Shown piece after piece: positions 10,126-19,199 of a stretch of DNA of 64,000 nucleotides. Position 1 is the stretch's first letter. Every line of letters begins with the position of its first letter. The position numbers and the translations under genes were made by a program. Origin of the DNA: Candidatus Nanopelagicales bacterium (GTDB taxonomy: Bacteria > Actinomycetota > Actinomycetes > S36-B12 > UBA10799); NCBI GenBank assembly GCA_041393775.1, contig JAWKJM010000007.1, positions 3,279-67,278 of the forward strand, read 5' to 3'. The notes under the pieces were generated by a model that worked only from the letters and a program-made list of their open reading frames with translations, was not told where the DNA came from and ran no database searches.

Positions 10126-10685
10126 TTGCCAGCCTTGTCGGTGAAGTCAGCAGCTCCGCCACCGATGTAGCAGACCTCGCCCAGACCCTGTGCCTCGCTC
10201 AGCGCGCTGGTCAGGTGGGCGATGAGTGCCGCGTCGAGGATGGAGTGGAAGGTGCCGTCCTCGTTGAAGTTGACGTTGGCTCCGGTGACGCGGAACAGTA
10301 CGACGGTGTCCTCGGTGTTGTCGTCCGGAACCTTGAGCGTGTGCACGGACGCGCCGGGCTCGTAGAGGTAGGAGCCGGCGGTCTGCATCTGCTCGGGGTA
10401 CTCCACGTAGTGCCAGGCGCCACTCATCGTGAATGCGTCGACCGCGCCGGTGTGGTAGTGCAACGGCAGTTGCACGCCCGGGGCGAAGGTGGCCAGGATG
10501 ACCCACTCGCCGAGCTCGAGGTCGAGGCGCAGCGGCTTGTAGTGCACGCCCGGTCCGAGGGCGTCAGTGATCAGGGGGGAGTCGGTGGTGTCCACCGTCA
10601 ACAGCTCGCCCTGGGGCAGGGCGATCACCGGCAGAACGGTACCCGAAAGCGTGGAGGCCTGGGTGGGGTGGATGGCGAGGGTCAT
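10122..10685 (-). CDS. cupin-fold dioxygenase, 2,4'-dihydroxyacetophenone dioxygenase-like
   Basis: Cupin core HYHTGAVDAFTMSGAWHY...YEPGASVHTL. A GAAGGA SD precedes ATG 10685. The family assignment is by recall only. Confidence 0.7.
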   Translation of the reverse strand: MTLAIHPTQASTLSGTVLPVIALPQGELLTVDTTDSPLITDALGPGVHYKPLRLDLELGEWVILATFAPGVQLPLHYHTGAVDAFTMSGAWHYVEYPEQMQTAGSYLYEPGASVHTLKVPDDNTEDTVVLFRVTGANVNFNEDGTFHSILDAALIAHLTSALSEAQGLGEVCYIGGGAADFTDKAGK

Positions 10686-10809
10686 CTTGAAGTCCTTCTT
10701 GGGGTTCGTTGAACTGGAAGTTGATCGATGCCCGGCGGGGCAGTCATGCGATGCGGGGTGATCATCTCCGCAACGCCTCTGATGTTGTCAGCGCCCGGGC
10801 AGTGAAGTC

Positions 10810-10847
10810 TTGACACTTCTGGACATCTGTTTGACACTTCGGGACAT
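10810..10847 (+). promoter_or_regulatory. 17-bp direct repeat pair with 21-bp period (candidate AraC-family operator)
   Basis: TTGACACTTCTGGACAT (10810-10826) and TTGACACTTCGGGACAT (10831-10847) differ at 1 position and are separated by a 4-bp spacer. The second copy overlaps the regulator's ATG. Confidence 0.5.
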
Positions 10848-11892
10848 GGGAGTCATCCGGGCATCGGGACTGCTCGGATACCGCGAACTCGTGATGGAAC
10901 TCGGCGCGAACCCGGACCCGTTGCTACGCGCCGCCGGCGTGCGGCCTCAGGATGCGGGCGACCATGAGGTGTTCATCAGCTATCGAAGTCTCGTCCAGGT
11001 CGTCGAGAGGGGCGCGGAGGTCACCGGCTGCCCCGACTTCGGCCGCCGACTGGGGGCGCGGCAGGGGATCGAGATCCTCGGTCCGGTGGGGGTCGCGGCC
11101 CGGACGGCAGCGACCATGGGGGAGGCGATGGAGATCTTCACCCGCTACCTGTCGGCGTACAGCCCGTCGATCGAGGTCGGGACTGAATCCCTGCCCGATG
11201 CGAGGCGGACCTTCTTCCATTTCCGGATAGTGGAGGCGGGGATTCCGAACCACAAGCAGACGGTCGAGCTCTCACTGGGGGTCGCGCTGGAGGTGTTCCG
11301 GTTCCTGCGCGGAGACGACTATTCCCCTCTGCTGGTGCACTTCACACATGCCCCGCTGACCGAGGAGCGGTCGTACCGGACCTACTTCGGGTGTAAACCG
11401 GTCTTCGGGCAGCGCCGTGCCGGATTCACGATGCGGACTTCTGATCTGGCGAAGCCGTTGGCGGGGGACAGTCAGGCCAATGAGGTGATCCGGCGGTACC
11501 TCGATGGGCTCATATCCTCCGAAGAAATCACCCTGGTGGCGCGGGTACGACGGCTGGTTCGCGAGTTGCTCCCCACCGGATCGGTCACCCTGAACTTCGT
11601 GGCGCGGCAACTCGCACTTCACGTCAAGACCTTTCAACGCCGGCTCGCTGCCGAAGGGACCACATTCGGGCAGGTCGTGGAGGACCTGCGTCGTGAGATG
11701 ACCGAGCACTATCTGCGCGACACGGAACTCGGGCTGTCGCAGGTGGCACGCGAACTCGGCTACGCGGAACAGAGCGTTCTGTCCCGCTCCTGCCACCGGT
11801 GGTACGGGATGGCACCGACACGTCTTCGGGCACAACTGAGGGCCGGGCTGATCGCTGGGCGTACAACTGCGACTGCGGCAGTGAGCGGATAG
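10846..11892 (+). CDS. AraC family transcriptional regulator
   Basis: The C-terminal HTH reads LSQVARELGYAEQSVLSRSCHRWYGMAPTRLR. The N-terminal effector domain begins MGVIRASGLLGYRELV. Start moved from TTG 10810 to ATG 10846. Confidence 0.85.
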   Translation: MGVIRASGLLGYRELVMELGANPDPLLRAAGVRPQDAGDHEVFISYRSLVQVVERGAEVTGCPDFGRRLGARQGIEILGPVGVAARTAATMGEAMEIFTRYLSAYSPSIEVGTESLPDARRTFFHFRIVEAGIPNHKQTVELSLGVALEVFRFLRGDDYSPLLVHFTHAPLTEERSYRTYFGCKPVFGQRRAGFTMRTSDLAKPLAGDSQANEVIRRYLDGLISSEEITLVARVRRLVRELLPTGSVTLNFVARQLALHVKTFQRRLAAEGTTFGQVVEDLRREMTEHYLRDTELGLSQVARELGYAEQSVLSRSCHRWYGMAPTRLRAQLRAGLIAGRTTATAAVSG

Positions 11893-11921
11893 TAGACGCG
11901 CCTGGGTGTAGTCGGGCTTGC

Positions 11922-12218
11922 CTACGCCAACACGCTGCGGGTGACGTCGAAGTTCCGATAGGTGAGTGGGCCGTCGCACAGCGCAGTCATCCTGGCGGCG
12001 AACTGCCCCGTCTCCGACCGGTCCGAATTCGCCATCGCCTCCTCATACGAGGGGAACTCGACGATCTGAATGTAGGAGTCGGGATGGTCGCGGTCCTGCG
12101 CCTGGATGTTGCGTGTCGAGGTCCGCACGCCTTCGGTATCGGCCAGCCACTGGTCGATCAGTGCGTTCATCTCGTCGATGCGACTGGTCTGGAACTCGAT
12201 GATCTGGATGAAGGCCAT
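11922..12218 (-). CDS. small ABM-like (dimeric alpha+beta barrel) protein, function unknown
   Basis: 98 aa, beginning MAFIQIIEFQTSRIDEMNALIDQW and containing YIQIVEFPSYEEAM. A GGAGAGGAG SD precedes ATG 12218. The longer ORF extension overlaps repeat B2. Confidence 0.55.
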   Translation of the reverse strand: MAFIQIIEFQTSRIDEMNALIDQWLADTEGVRTSTRNIQAQDRDHPDSYIQIVEFPSYEEAMANSDRSETGQFAARMTALCDGPLTYRNFDVTRSVLA

Positions 12219-12324
12219 GTCGTCTCCTCTCCGACTGCCCCCGGTTGAACAAACTACCACTGATCGGCCGTGAATGCTCGAACGCGTGTTCGAGGGAGGT
12301 TCGGATCGAGATCCGGGTGGCCGT

Positions 12325-12412
12325 GCCTTTGTCACGAAGTAGCGGGGGCCGGAAGGCGTGTCGCACGCACCTTCAGTACAGAACCCCGTGTGAACGGGCA
12401 ACTTCATCACAC
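12325..12412. repeat. Family B repeat, B2 (three arms)
   Basis: Arms CTTTGTCACGAAGTAGCG, CGCACCTTCAGTACA and CAACTTCATCACA. Confidence 0.8.
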
Positions 12413-12586
12413 TGACCAGGAAGCATCATGACTCGTCCGCCCGCACCTTCGGCATTCGGTCGCTTTCGCGCCCGTCCTCGCGTGCCCCGTGCTCCGACGG
12501 CGGGAGATGAAACCCGCGACGACCACAGACACCGTTTCCCGATGATGCGATGGCAGTGAGTCTTCTACCGGTCTGGCCACCGGGTG

Positions 12587-13243
12587 CTAGCGGCTCGATA
12601 TCCGGCCCACTGCTCGGTCACGGATTCCCCTCATCATCTTCTGGGTCATGACGAAACTGACCACAGCAACCACTTCGACCATGGGCCGGGCGGCGGCGGT
12701 GTGGTACCAGTAGCGCTCACGCACGAGGAGTCGAGTGCGGTGCGAGGACTGCTGGACGAGCACGAAGGCCCAGGTGAAGTCGTAGGGAGCGGTGGGGTCG
12801 TCAGTTGTGACCTGGCCCGAGGCGGAGATTCCCCCTTGGACGACCAGCGCGTGTGGCGGTTCGACCACCGCGACGGTGAGCGCCACGTCGGGGTGCAGGC
12901 GGAAGTCATCGCCCAATGCGACGTCCTGCCACTCGGGCACGACCTCGTCGGTGCTCTGCATCCGGCAGCCCACGAGGTTCTCCAACCAGTCGTAGCTGTA
13001 CAGCCCACCACGGCCCTGACCCATCTGGGCCAGCCAGGGCCATACCTGTTCGATCCCGGCTGGGATCGTGATGGCCCGAGTCGCCGTCAGGTCGGTCCGT
13101 GCCAGCAGTCCGTCCCCCGGCAGTTGGGCGGTCACCTCATCGGAGGTGGAGCCCCATCGCAGCTGCCGACGCCGCAGGACCAGTGCGTAGAAGGCGATCG
13201 AGGCCAGAGCGGACCCAGCGGCACCGACCACGACTCGTTTCAC
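12587..13243 (-). CDS. SRPBCC (START/polyketide-cyclase-like) family protein with N-terminal TM helix
   Basis: Start taken at GTG 13243 (VKRVVVGAAGSALASIAFYALVL). The core contains WPWLAQMGQGRGGLYSYDWLEN, which is typical of SRPBCC proteins. Confidence 0.6.
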   Translation of the reverse strand: MKRVVVGAAGSALASIAFYALVLRRRQLRWGSTSDEVTAQLPGDGLLARTDLTATRAITIPAGIEQVWPWLAQMGQGRGGLYSYDWLENLVGCRMQSTDEVVPEWQDVALGDDFRLHPDVALTVAVVEPPHALVVQGGISASGQVTTDDPTAPYDFTWAFVLVQQSSHRTRLLVRERYWYHTAAARPMVEVVAVVSFVMTQKMMRGIRDRAVGRISSR

Positions 13244-13527
13244 TTGTCCAGCCTGGCACAGTCCGGTCGCTCCCGGACGGCCACGGGACGGCGCCTGTCC
13301 CCGGCTTTCACACAGACTTTGGGCGGATTCGGTCACGTACTGACCGGATTTGACCAAAGTCCCCCAAGGGAGACTCGAGGGCGAGCGTTCCACACCCTCC
13401 GGGTCCGCAGTCGCGGTGTCCCGTGGCAGCCATGCTCGGTCAGCACAAATCGAGCCTGCGAAGGACGGCGTGGGTTCGGTAGACTCGAACCGGCGGTGGA
13501 GGGCAAGGAGGTCCGTCCATCAAGGTA

Positions 13528-14253
13528 GTGGTCATCTACAAATGGGCACGCGATGCATCCGCGGCGATGGTGCGCACGGACGGCGTGGTCGATTGGCGTG
13601 GCGCCAAGATGACTCCTGGTGAGGATGATCCAGCGGCGCTGGCTGTGGCCAAGTCCCTGGCTCAGACCTCTGGCGGAGAGGTCGTCGGGCTGACGATCGG
13701 TGACGGCGATGCCAGTTGGGTGCTGGCCCGAGGAGTGGTGCAGGCGTTCTCCGTCACCGATGCCGCAGACCTGCCCGACAATGCGACCACGGCCGCCATC
13801 CTTGCCCGGGCGGTGGGCCGGATCGGCGATGTGGACGCGGTCGTGATTGGAGACTCGAAGCAGGAATCCGGCGTCGCACCGGTCCTCGCTGGCCTGCTCG
13901 GCTGGACCGCAGTCCTGGCGGTCGTCAGCGCCACCGCGAGCGACGGGCGCCTGAGTGCGATCCGCCGCAGCGGGAGCGAGCAGGAGACGTTCAGTGTCGC
14001 ACCGCCGGCGGTGATCGGGGTGGCGGCCGAGTCCGAGATGGCCACCGTCCCCGGGATGAAGGAACTCCTGGCGGCCCGCAAGCGGCCGCTGACCCAGTGG
14101 ACCGTCGCCGACCTCGGGGTCGACGTTGCCGAAGCAGTGACTGTCCGCGACTCGCAGAAGCCCGATGTCACGTCGGCCCGGGTCTTTGAGGGTGGATCCG
14201 CGCAGGTGGCCGCACAGTTGCTCGCCGCTCTGCGCGCCGAGGGAGTGCTGTGA
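13528..14253 (+). CDS. fixA: electron transfer flavoprotein beta subunit (FixA/EtfB)
   Basis: 241-aa ORF with an ETF-beta-like N-terminus (VVIYKWARD...). It lies immediately upstream of an EtfA/FixB homologue and in a cluster with fixCX. Confidence 0.8.
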   Translation: MVIYKWARDASAAMVRTDGVVDWRGAKMTPGEDDPAALAVAKSLAQTSGGEVVGLTIGDGDASWVLARGVVQAFSVTDAADLPDNATTAAILARAVGRIGDVDAVVIGDSKQESGVAPVLAGLLGWTAVLAVVSATASDGRLSAIRRSGSEQETFSVAPPAVIGVAAESEMATVPGMKELLAARKRPLTQWTVADLGVDVAEAVTVRDSQKPDVTSARVFEGGSAQVAAQLLAALRAEGVL

Positions 14254-14272
14254 TGCCTGAAGAACCAGGACG

Positions 14273-15211
14273 ATGAGGATCGACTGCTGGGTCTTCGTGA
14301 CCGAACACAGAGGTTGGGGCGGCATGCTGGCCGCCGTTCGCGGTCTGGGTGCCCGGCTCACGGCGGTCGTGGTAGGCCCGGACGACCTGGCCCGTGCGGT
14401 GGCGGCGACAGGACCCGACGAACTCCGCTGGGTCGGGCCCGGGGACGAAGTCCCCGCGGAGGCATTCGCGCCCGCGCTTGCTGCGGCAGCCGAACTCGCC
14501 CACCCCCGTGTCCTGGTGAGTACCACCGACCCGGCTGCCCGTGTCTTGCTGGGGGCCGCGTGCGCGCGACTCGGATCCGCCCTGATTCCCGGGATGATCG
14601 GTCTGGCGGCTGAAGGGGACGAGGTGGTCGTCCGGCGCTCGGCCATCGGCGGGGAGGTCATCGAGAGCTATGCGGCGGGTGGCTCGATAGCAGCGGTCTT
14701 CGTCGGTGACGACGTCGAGACCGTCACGAGCAACGCTATCGCGGCGACGACCAATGACCTGCCCGCCGCGGATATCTCGGTCGTGCGCGGGGCGTCCAGC
14801 GTGGTCGCCACCGGCGTGAACGACGCACCGCGAGTGGTGGCCTTCGGGCGCGGCGTGAAAGCAAGGAGCGACGTGGCGCTGATCGAGCAGTTGGCTGCGG
14901 CGCTCGACGCCGAGATCGCCTGTTCGATGCCCATCGCCGAGGACGTGCACTGGCTGGACAAGGCCCGGTACATCGGTCGTTCCGGTCAGCACATCGCCCC
15001 TCAGCTCTACCTCGCCGTCGGAATCGCGGGTTCTCCCCAGCACATGGAAGGCGTGCGCGACGCCAAGATCGTGGCCGCCATCAACATCGACCCCGGCGCG
15101 CCGGTCTTCCGGGTCGCCGACTACGGCGTGGTCGGTGACCTGTACGAAGTGGTCCCCGCCATCGTCGAAGAACTCGAGCACGGACAACCGTCAGGAGGAA
15201 GTCATGAGTGA
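14273..15211 (+). CDS. fixB: electron transfer flavoprotein alpha subunit (FixB/EtfA)
   Basis: The C-terminal FAD-binding signature PQLYLAVGIAGSPQHMEGVRDAKIVAAINIDPGAPVF is present. Confidence 0.85.
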   Translation: MRIDCWVFVTEHRGWGGMLAAVRGLGARLTAVVVGPDDLARAVAATGPDELRWVGPGDEVPAEAFAPALAAAAELAHPRVLVSTTDPAARVLLGAACARLGSALIPGMIGLAAEGDEVVVRRSAIGGEVIESYAAGGSIAAVFVGDDVETVTSNAIAATTNDLPAADISVVRGASSVVATGVNDAPRVVAFGRGVKARSDVALIEQLAAALDAEIACSMPIAEDVHWLDKARYIGRSGQHIAPQLYLAVGIAGSPQHMEGVRDAKIVAAINIDPGAPVFRVADYGVVGDLYEVVPAIVEELEHGQPSGGSHE

Positions 15212-16673
15212 ACAATTCGATGCCCAGTACGACGTCGTGGTGATCGGTGGTGGCGGTTCCGGGTTGTCCGCCGCTGTGCAGGCGGCCAAGGACGGTCTGA
15301 CCTGCGCGGTCCTGGAGAAGGAGGCCAAGACTGGAGGTAGTTCTTCGTTCGCGGAGGGCCATGCCGCTTTCGAGTCGGACGAACAGAGCAAGCGGGGGAT
15401 CGAGGTCACCAAGGACCAGGCTTTCAACACCTATCTCGAGTACTCCCACTGGCGAGCCGATCCCGCGATCGTCTCGCGCTTCGTGGAGAACGCCGCGACC
15501 ACGATCCAGAAACTGCGCGACGAGCACGGTGTCGTCTATGAAGATGTCACCATCACGGCGCCCGACCAGCCCGGTGAACTCGTCACGTGGCACCTGCCCG
15601 AGGGCGAGGTAGCACGAGTGATCGAGTTGCTGGAGGCCGACGCCCGCCAGCGCGGGGTCGACGTGTTCATGCAGACCTCCGCCACGGGAATCCTGCAGGG
15701 TGAGGGCGGGAAGGTCACCGGCGTGGTCGCGAAGGACAGCGACGGCCAAGAGGTCCGGTTGGGCGCGAAGGCTGTGGTAGTCGCCACCGGGGGCTTTGCC
15801 GGCAACCCGGACATGCTGGACAAGTACACCCGCTACGGCATCGGCAAGAAACTCATCAACATCGGGGGTCCGGGCAACACCGGCGACGGTGTCAGGATGA
15901 TCCTGGAGGCCGGCGGGGTGGAGAATGCCTCGATCGGGACGCTGCTGCTTTTCCCGCTGATGCGTGACAAGGCGATCACCAGCCACACGAACGCGGCCGG
16001 GTTCCAGCCCTACTTCTGGGTCAACGCGGACGGCAAGCGGTTCACCAACGAGGTCGTCGGACTCAATTTCGGCCATGCCGGTGACCTAGAGGCGCGACAG
16101 CCCGGCGCCTTCTTCTGGTGCATTCTCGACCAGGCGCAGATCCGCCACCTCGTCGAGGACGGCAACGAGGTCGGTCTGGGGATCTACGTCCGTAACCACG
16201 AGAAGATGGTCAGGCTCCCCGCCGAACTTGAGGAGGACGTCGCCGCGCGCCGAGAGGACGTCGTCAAGGGCGACACCATCGAGGAGCTCGCCGGGAAGAT
16301 GGGCGTCGAGCCGGCCGTTCTGGGGGCGGAGGTTGATGCGTACAACGCGTTGTGCGGCCAAGGTGTGGATACGCGTTTCCATAAGCCGGCGAAGTACCTG
16401 TTCGCGGTCGAGGAGGGCCCGTTCTTCGCCATCAGGATGGAGACCGGGATCATGATCACGATGGGGGCGATGAAGATCGATGACCGGATGCGTTGCCTCG
16501 ACGAGAACCGCAATCCCATCCCCGGGCTTTACGCAGTCGGGTGCGATGCAGGTGGTCTGTGGGGCGAGTCTTACAGCCTGACCGTGCCTGGAACCGGCAA
16601 CGGCTTCGCACTTACATCCGGTTGGCTGGCCGCGGACGAGATCGCGGAACAGATCAAGGCCGGCTCCCTGTAG
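15204..16673 (+). CDS. soluble FAD-dependent oxidoreductase, fumarate-reductase/KstD-like flavoprotein family
   Basis: Rossmann motif YDVVVIGGGGSGLSAAVQAAKDG. An AGGAGGA SD lies at 15193-15199. ATG 15204 overlaps the fixB stop by 8 nt. Confidence 0.8.
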   Translation: MSEQFDAQYDVVVIGGGGSGLSAAVQAAKDGLTCAVLEKEAKTGGSSSFAEGHAAFESDEQSKRGIEVTKDQAFNTYLEYSHWRADPAIVSRFVENAATTIQKLRDEHGVVYEDVTITAPDQPGELVTWHLPEGEVARVIELLEADARQRGVDVFMQTSATGILQGEGGKVTGVVAKDSDGQEVRLGAKAVVVATGGFAGNPDMLDKYTRYGIGKKLINIGGPGNTGDGVRMILEAGGVENASIGTLLLFPLMRDKAITSHTNAAGFQPYFWVNADGKRFTNEVVGLNFGHAGDLEARQPGAFFWCILDQAQIRHLVEDGNEVGLGIYVRNHEKMVRLPAELEEDVAARREDVVKGDTIEELAGKMGVEPAVLGAEVDAYNALCGQGVDTRFHKPAKYLFAVEEGPFFAIRMETGIMITMGAMKIDDRMRCLDENRNPIPGLYAVGCDAGGLWGESYSLTVPGTGNGFALTSGWLAADEIAEQIKAGSL

Positions 16674-16693
16674 TCGTGCTGTTGAGTGAACAG

Positions 16694-16822
16694 GGCGGTC
16701 TTTGTGACAAAGGTGCGTGCCTGCCCGGAGAGTGTGTCACGAAGTTGCGGGGTGGAGGCACCTGGCGACCCGCACCTTCGTCACAGACCGCCCTGCGCAG
16801 CCTCAACTTCGTCACAGACGCC
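16694..16822. repeat. Family B repeat, B3 (four arms, interleaved complementarity)
   Basis: Arms TTTGTGACAAAGGTGCG, TGTGTCACGAAGTTGCG, CGCACCTTCGTCACA and CAACTTCGTCACA. It lies between the FRD-like flavoprotein gene and fixC. Confidence 0.9.
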
Positions 16823-16935
16823 CCGGGCCGGCCCACTGCCGACGGGTCGCGACCTCCCGGGGCCCGGCCGGTCCCAACCTCAGATCATGAACCCGTCTGG
16901 AAACGGGTAATGCCAAACGGACGGGCGCGCATGCC

Positions 16936-18237
16936 ATGAGTGAGAACGAGGTCGACTTCGACGTCATCGTCATCGGCGCTGGGGTCGCCGGATCGGTGTG
17001 CGCGTACCAGTTGGCGCGGGCCGGCCATGAGGTGCTGCTGGTGGAACGGGGCGCCGAGGCGGGGTCGAAGAACCTCTCGGGCGGCGTGTTCTACTGCCGG
17101 GTGATGGAGCAGGTGTTCCCCGGATTCGTGGATCTGGCGCCGGTGGAAAGGCGGATCACCCGCAACTGCCTGAGCTTCCTCAACCCGACATCGTTTGTGA
17201 ACCTGGACTACTGGGACACCCGACTGGCCGAGCCCGTCAACGCGGTCACGGTGCTGAGGGCCAAACTGGACGCCTGGCTGGCGGCGCGCTGCGAGGATGC
17301 CGGCGCGATCGTGATGCCGGGAGTCCGGGTCGACTCGCTGCTGCGCGAGGGCGAGCGGGTGGTGGGCATACGCGCCGGTGACGACGAGTTGCGCTCCCAC
17401 GTGGTCGTCGCGGCCGACGGCGTCAATTCCTTCATCGCGCAGGGCGCCGGCATCCGCCCCAAGGAGCCGGCGAAGCACTTGGCTGTGGGAGTGAAGTCGG
17501 TGATCGGTCTGCCGCGAGCCGTGATCGAGGATCGTTTCCACCTGTCTGGGGACGAAGGCGCGGCGTACGCCTTCGTCGGCGATTGCACCGAGTCGGTGGC
17601 AGGTGGTGGCTTCCTCTATACCAACGTCGAATCCGTCTCGGTGGGCGTCGTGCTGCGGCTCGACGATCTCGCTGCCAAGGGTAAGAGCGCATCCCAGGTG
17701 CACAACCACTTCCTCGACCACCCGGCGATCGCCGCCCTGCTGAAGGGCGGGGAGTTGCTCGAGTACGGCACGCACCTCACCATCGAGGACGGACCGCGGA
17801 TGGTCACCCATGATCTCGCCAGGCCCGGACTGTTGCTTGTCGGGGACGCCGCCGGATTCGCACTCAACACCGGCATGACGATCCGGGGGATGGACCTCGC
17901 CGCCGGCTCTGCCATCGCCGCCGCCACCACCGTCAAGCGGGCTCTGGCCCGCGGCGACTACTCCCAGGAGGTGATGGACGGCTACCGGGCCGAACTCGGT
18001 GCGGGCTTCGTCGGTGCCGACATGAGGACGTACGCGAGGGCGCCGGCATTCATGGAGGTCCCGCGGTTGTACGGCGACTACGGACCGCTGCTGGCAGAGG
18101 TTCTCCACGGCGTCTATGACCTCGATCTGACGCCGCGCAAGCACCTGCTGCGCACCGCGCGGGAAGCGTTCAGACGGTCGGAACTGCGGCTTCACCAGAT
18201 CGTGCGAGACGGTGTGGCCGCCATGCGGGCATTGTGA
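16936..18237 (+). CDS. fixC: FixC-type FAD-dependent ETF-quinone oxidoreductase-like protein
   Basis: Motifs FDVIVIGAGVAGSVCAYQLA and SKNLSGGVFY are present. The gene is followed by fixX. Confidence 0.85.
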   Translation: MSENEVDFDVIVIGAGVAGSVCAYQLARAGHEVLLVERGAEAGSKNLSGGVFYCRVMEQVFPGFVDLAPVERRITRNCLSFLNPTSFVNLDYWDTRLAEPVNAVTVLRAKLDAWLAARCEDAGAIVMPGVRVDSLLREGERVVGIRAGDDELRSHVVVAADGVNSFIAQGAGIRPKEPAKHLAVGVKSVIGLPRAVIEDRFHLSGDEGAAYAFVGDCTESVAGGGFLYTNVESVSVGVVLRLDDLAAKGKSASQVHNHFLDHPAIAALLKGGELLEYGTHLTIEDGPRMVTHDLARPGLLLVGDAAGFALNTGMTIRGMDLAAGSAIAAATTVKRALARGDYSQEVMDGYRAELGAGFVGADMRTYARAPAFMEVPRLYGDYGPLLAEVLHGVYDLDLTPRKHLLRTAREAFRRSELRLHQIVRDGVAAMRAL

Positions 18238-18248
18238 CGGAGGCTGAC

Positions 18249-18539
18249 ATGACCGAGTACGGAAGCGTCGCCGAACGGCTGGCGCTCAACGCCTATCTGT
18301 TGGACGAGGAGCGCAGCCATATCGAGGTGAACCAGGAGATCGCCCGCCGAACGGGCACAGCGGAGCTGCTAGTGCGGATCTGCCCTGCGCACGTTTACGC
18401 GGAGGAACCTGACGGAACGATCTCCGTGGCCTACGCGGCCTGCATGGAGTGTGGTACCTGCCTGGCCGTGGCGGCTCCCGGATCTCTGACCTGGCACTAT
18501 CCCCGGGGTGGATTCGGAGTCGCCTTCCGGGAAGGCTGA
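18249..18539 (+). CDS. fixX: FixX ferredoxin-like protein
   Basis: Motif CPAHVY...CMECGTCLAV...WHYPRGGFGV. A GGAGG lies 5-6 nt upstream of ATG 18249. An alternative GTG at 18234 overlaps the fixC stop. Confidence 0.8.
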   Translation: MTEYGSVAERLALNAYLLDEERSHIEVNQEIARRTGTAELLVRICPAHVYAEEPDGTISVAYAACMECGTCLAVAAPGSLTWHYPRGGFGVAFREG

Positions 18540-18645
18540 TCACCGGGGGGTCAGGAGGAACGGGCGGGGTTGGGCCAAACCTGAACAGTCAATTCCGTCC
18601 TGTCCCACTGGACCTGGGTGTGGGCTTCGCGTTCTGCCTCGATGT

Positions 18646-18998
18646 GGCAAGAAAGTCTAGGGCGAGAACGGCTCGTGTACTCGGTCGCGGTAGAAGTGGG
18701 CTCTAGTCCGAAAATGGTTGGTGTACTCGGTCGCCGCAGAAGTGGGCCGCGGGGTTAGAGATTGGTCGCGAGGTTAGAGATTGTGCACGAGGTTAGTGAA
18801 TGCACGTGTGGCTTCTCTAACGTCGTGCACGTTCTCTAACGCGAGCGGTTTCGCCAGGCATCTTCCCGCCTGAACCATGGCCCGGGACGACTAACGCGAG
18901 CGGTTTCGCCAGGCATCTTCCCGCCTGAACCATGGCCCGGGACGACTAACGCGAGCGGTTTCCGCTCGGCATCTTCCCGCCTGCACGCCACTGCCGCG
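18646..18998 (-). repeat. Family A repeat, copy A2: 2 T-units + core + 3 S-units
   Basis: T-units lie at 18646-18741. The core with 5 copies of the 13-mer lies at 18743-18830. S-units lie at 18831-18998. Confidence 0.9.
18831..18940. repeat. Perfect 2 x 55-bp tandem duplication (S-units) inside A2
   Basis: GCGAGCGGTTTCGCCAGGCATCTTCCCGCCTGAACCATGGCCCGGGACGACTAAC occurs twice with no mismatch. A diverged third unit follows. Confidence 0.95.
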
Positions 18999-19199
18999 GA
19001 TGACTAATCGGAACCCTGTCCCGAGATCAGCTCATGAGCGCGCCTGGCTGGTGCCACCGCACCCTCCGGGGGTAGGCTGCCACCTACCCGCCGATCATTG
19101 GCCCGGCATTGCTGCCGCCCGCCCGTCGCCAGCACCGGGAAGGCGCCCACTGAGCGTCGGGCAGGCAGAAGTACTCGGGTGCCGCGAGAGAGGCAGCAC

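Noticed and set aside
12428-12559. A 43-codon plus-strand ORF (MTRPPAPSAFGRFRARPRVPR...) lies in the gap next to repeat B2.
   Set aside because: It is Arg/Pro-rich with low complexity, has no SD, and partly overlaps the repeat. It is probably non-coding.
18646-18998. Tandem 55-bp and 47-bp units might be a CRISPR array.
   Set aside because: The units abut each other directly with no unique spacers. The repeat length is wrong for CRISPR, no cas genes are present, and the same units recur at other loci as part of family A.
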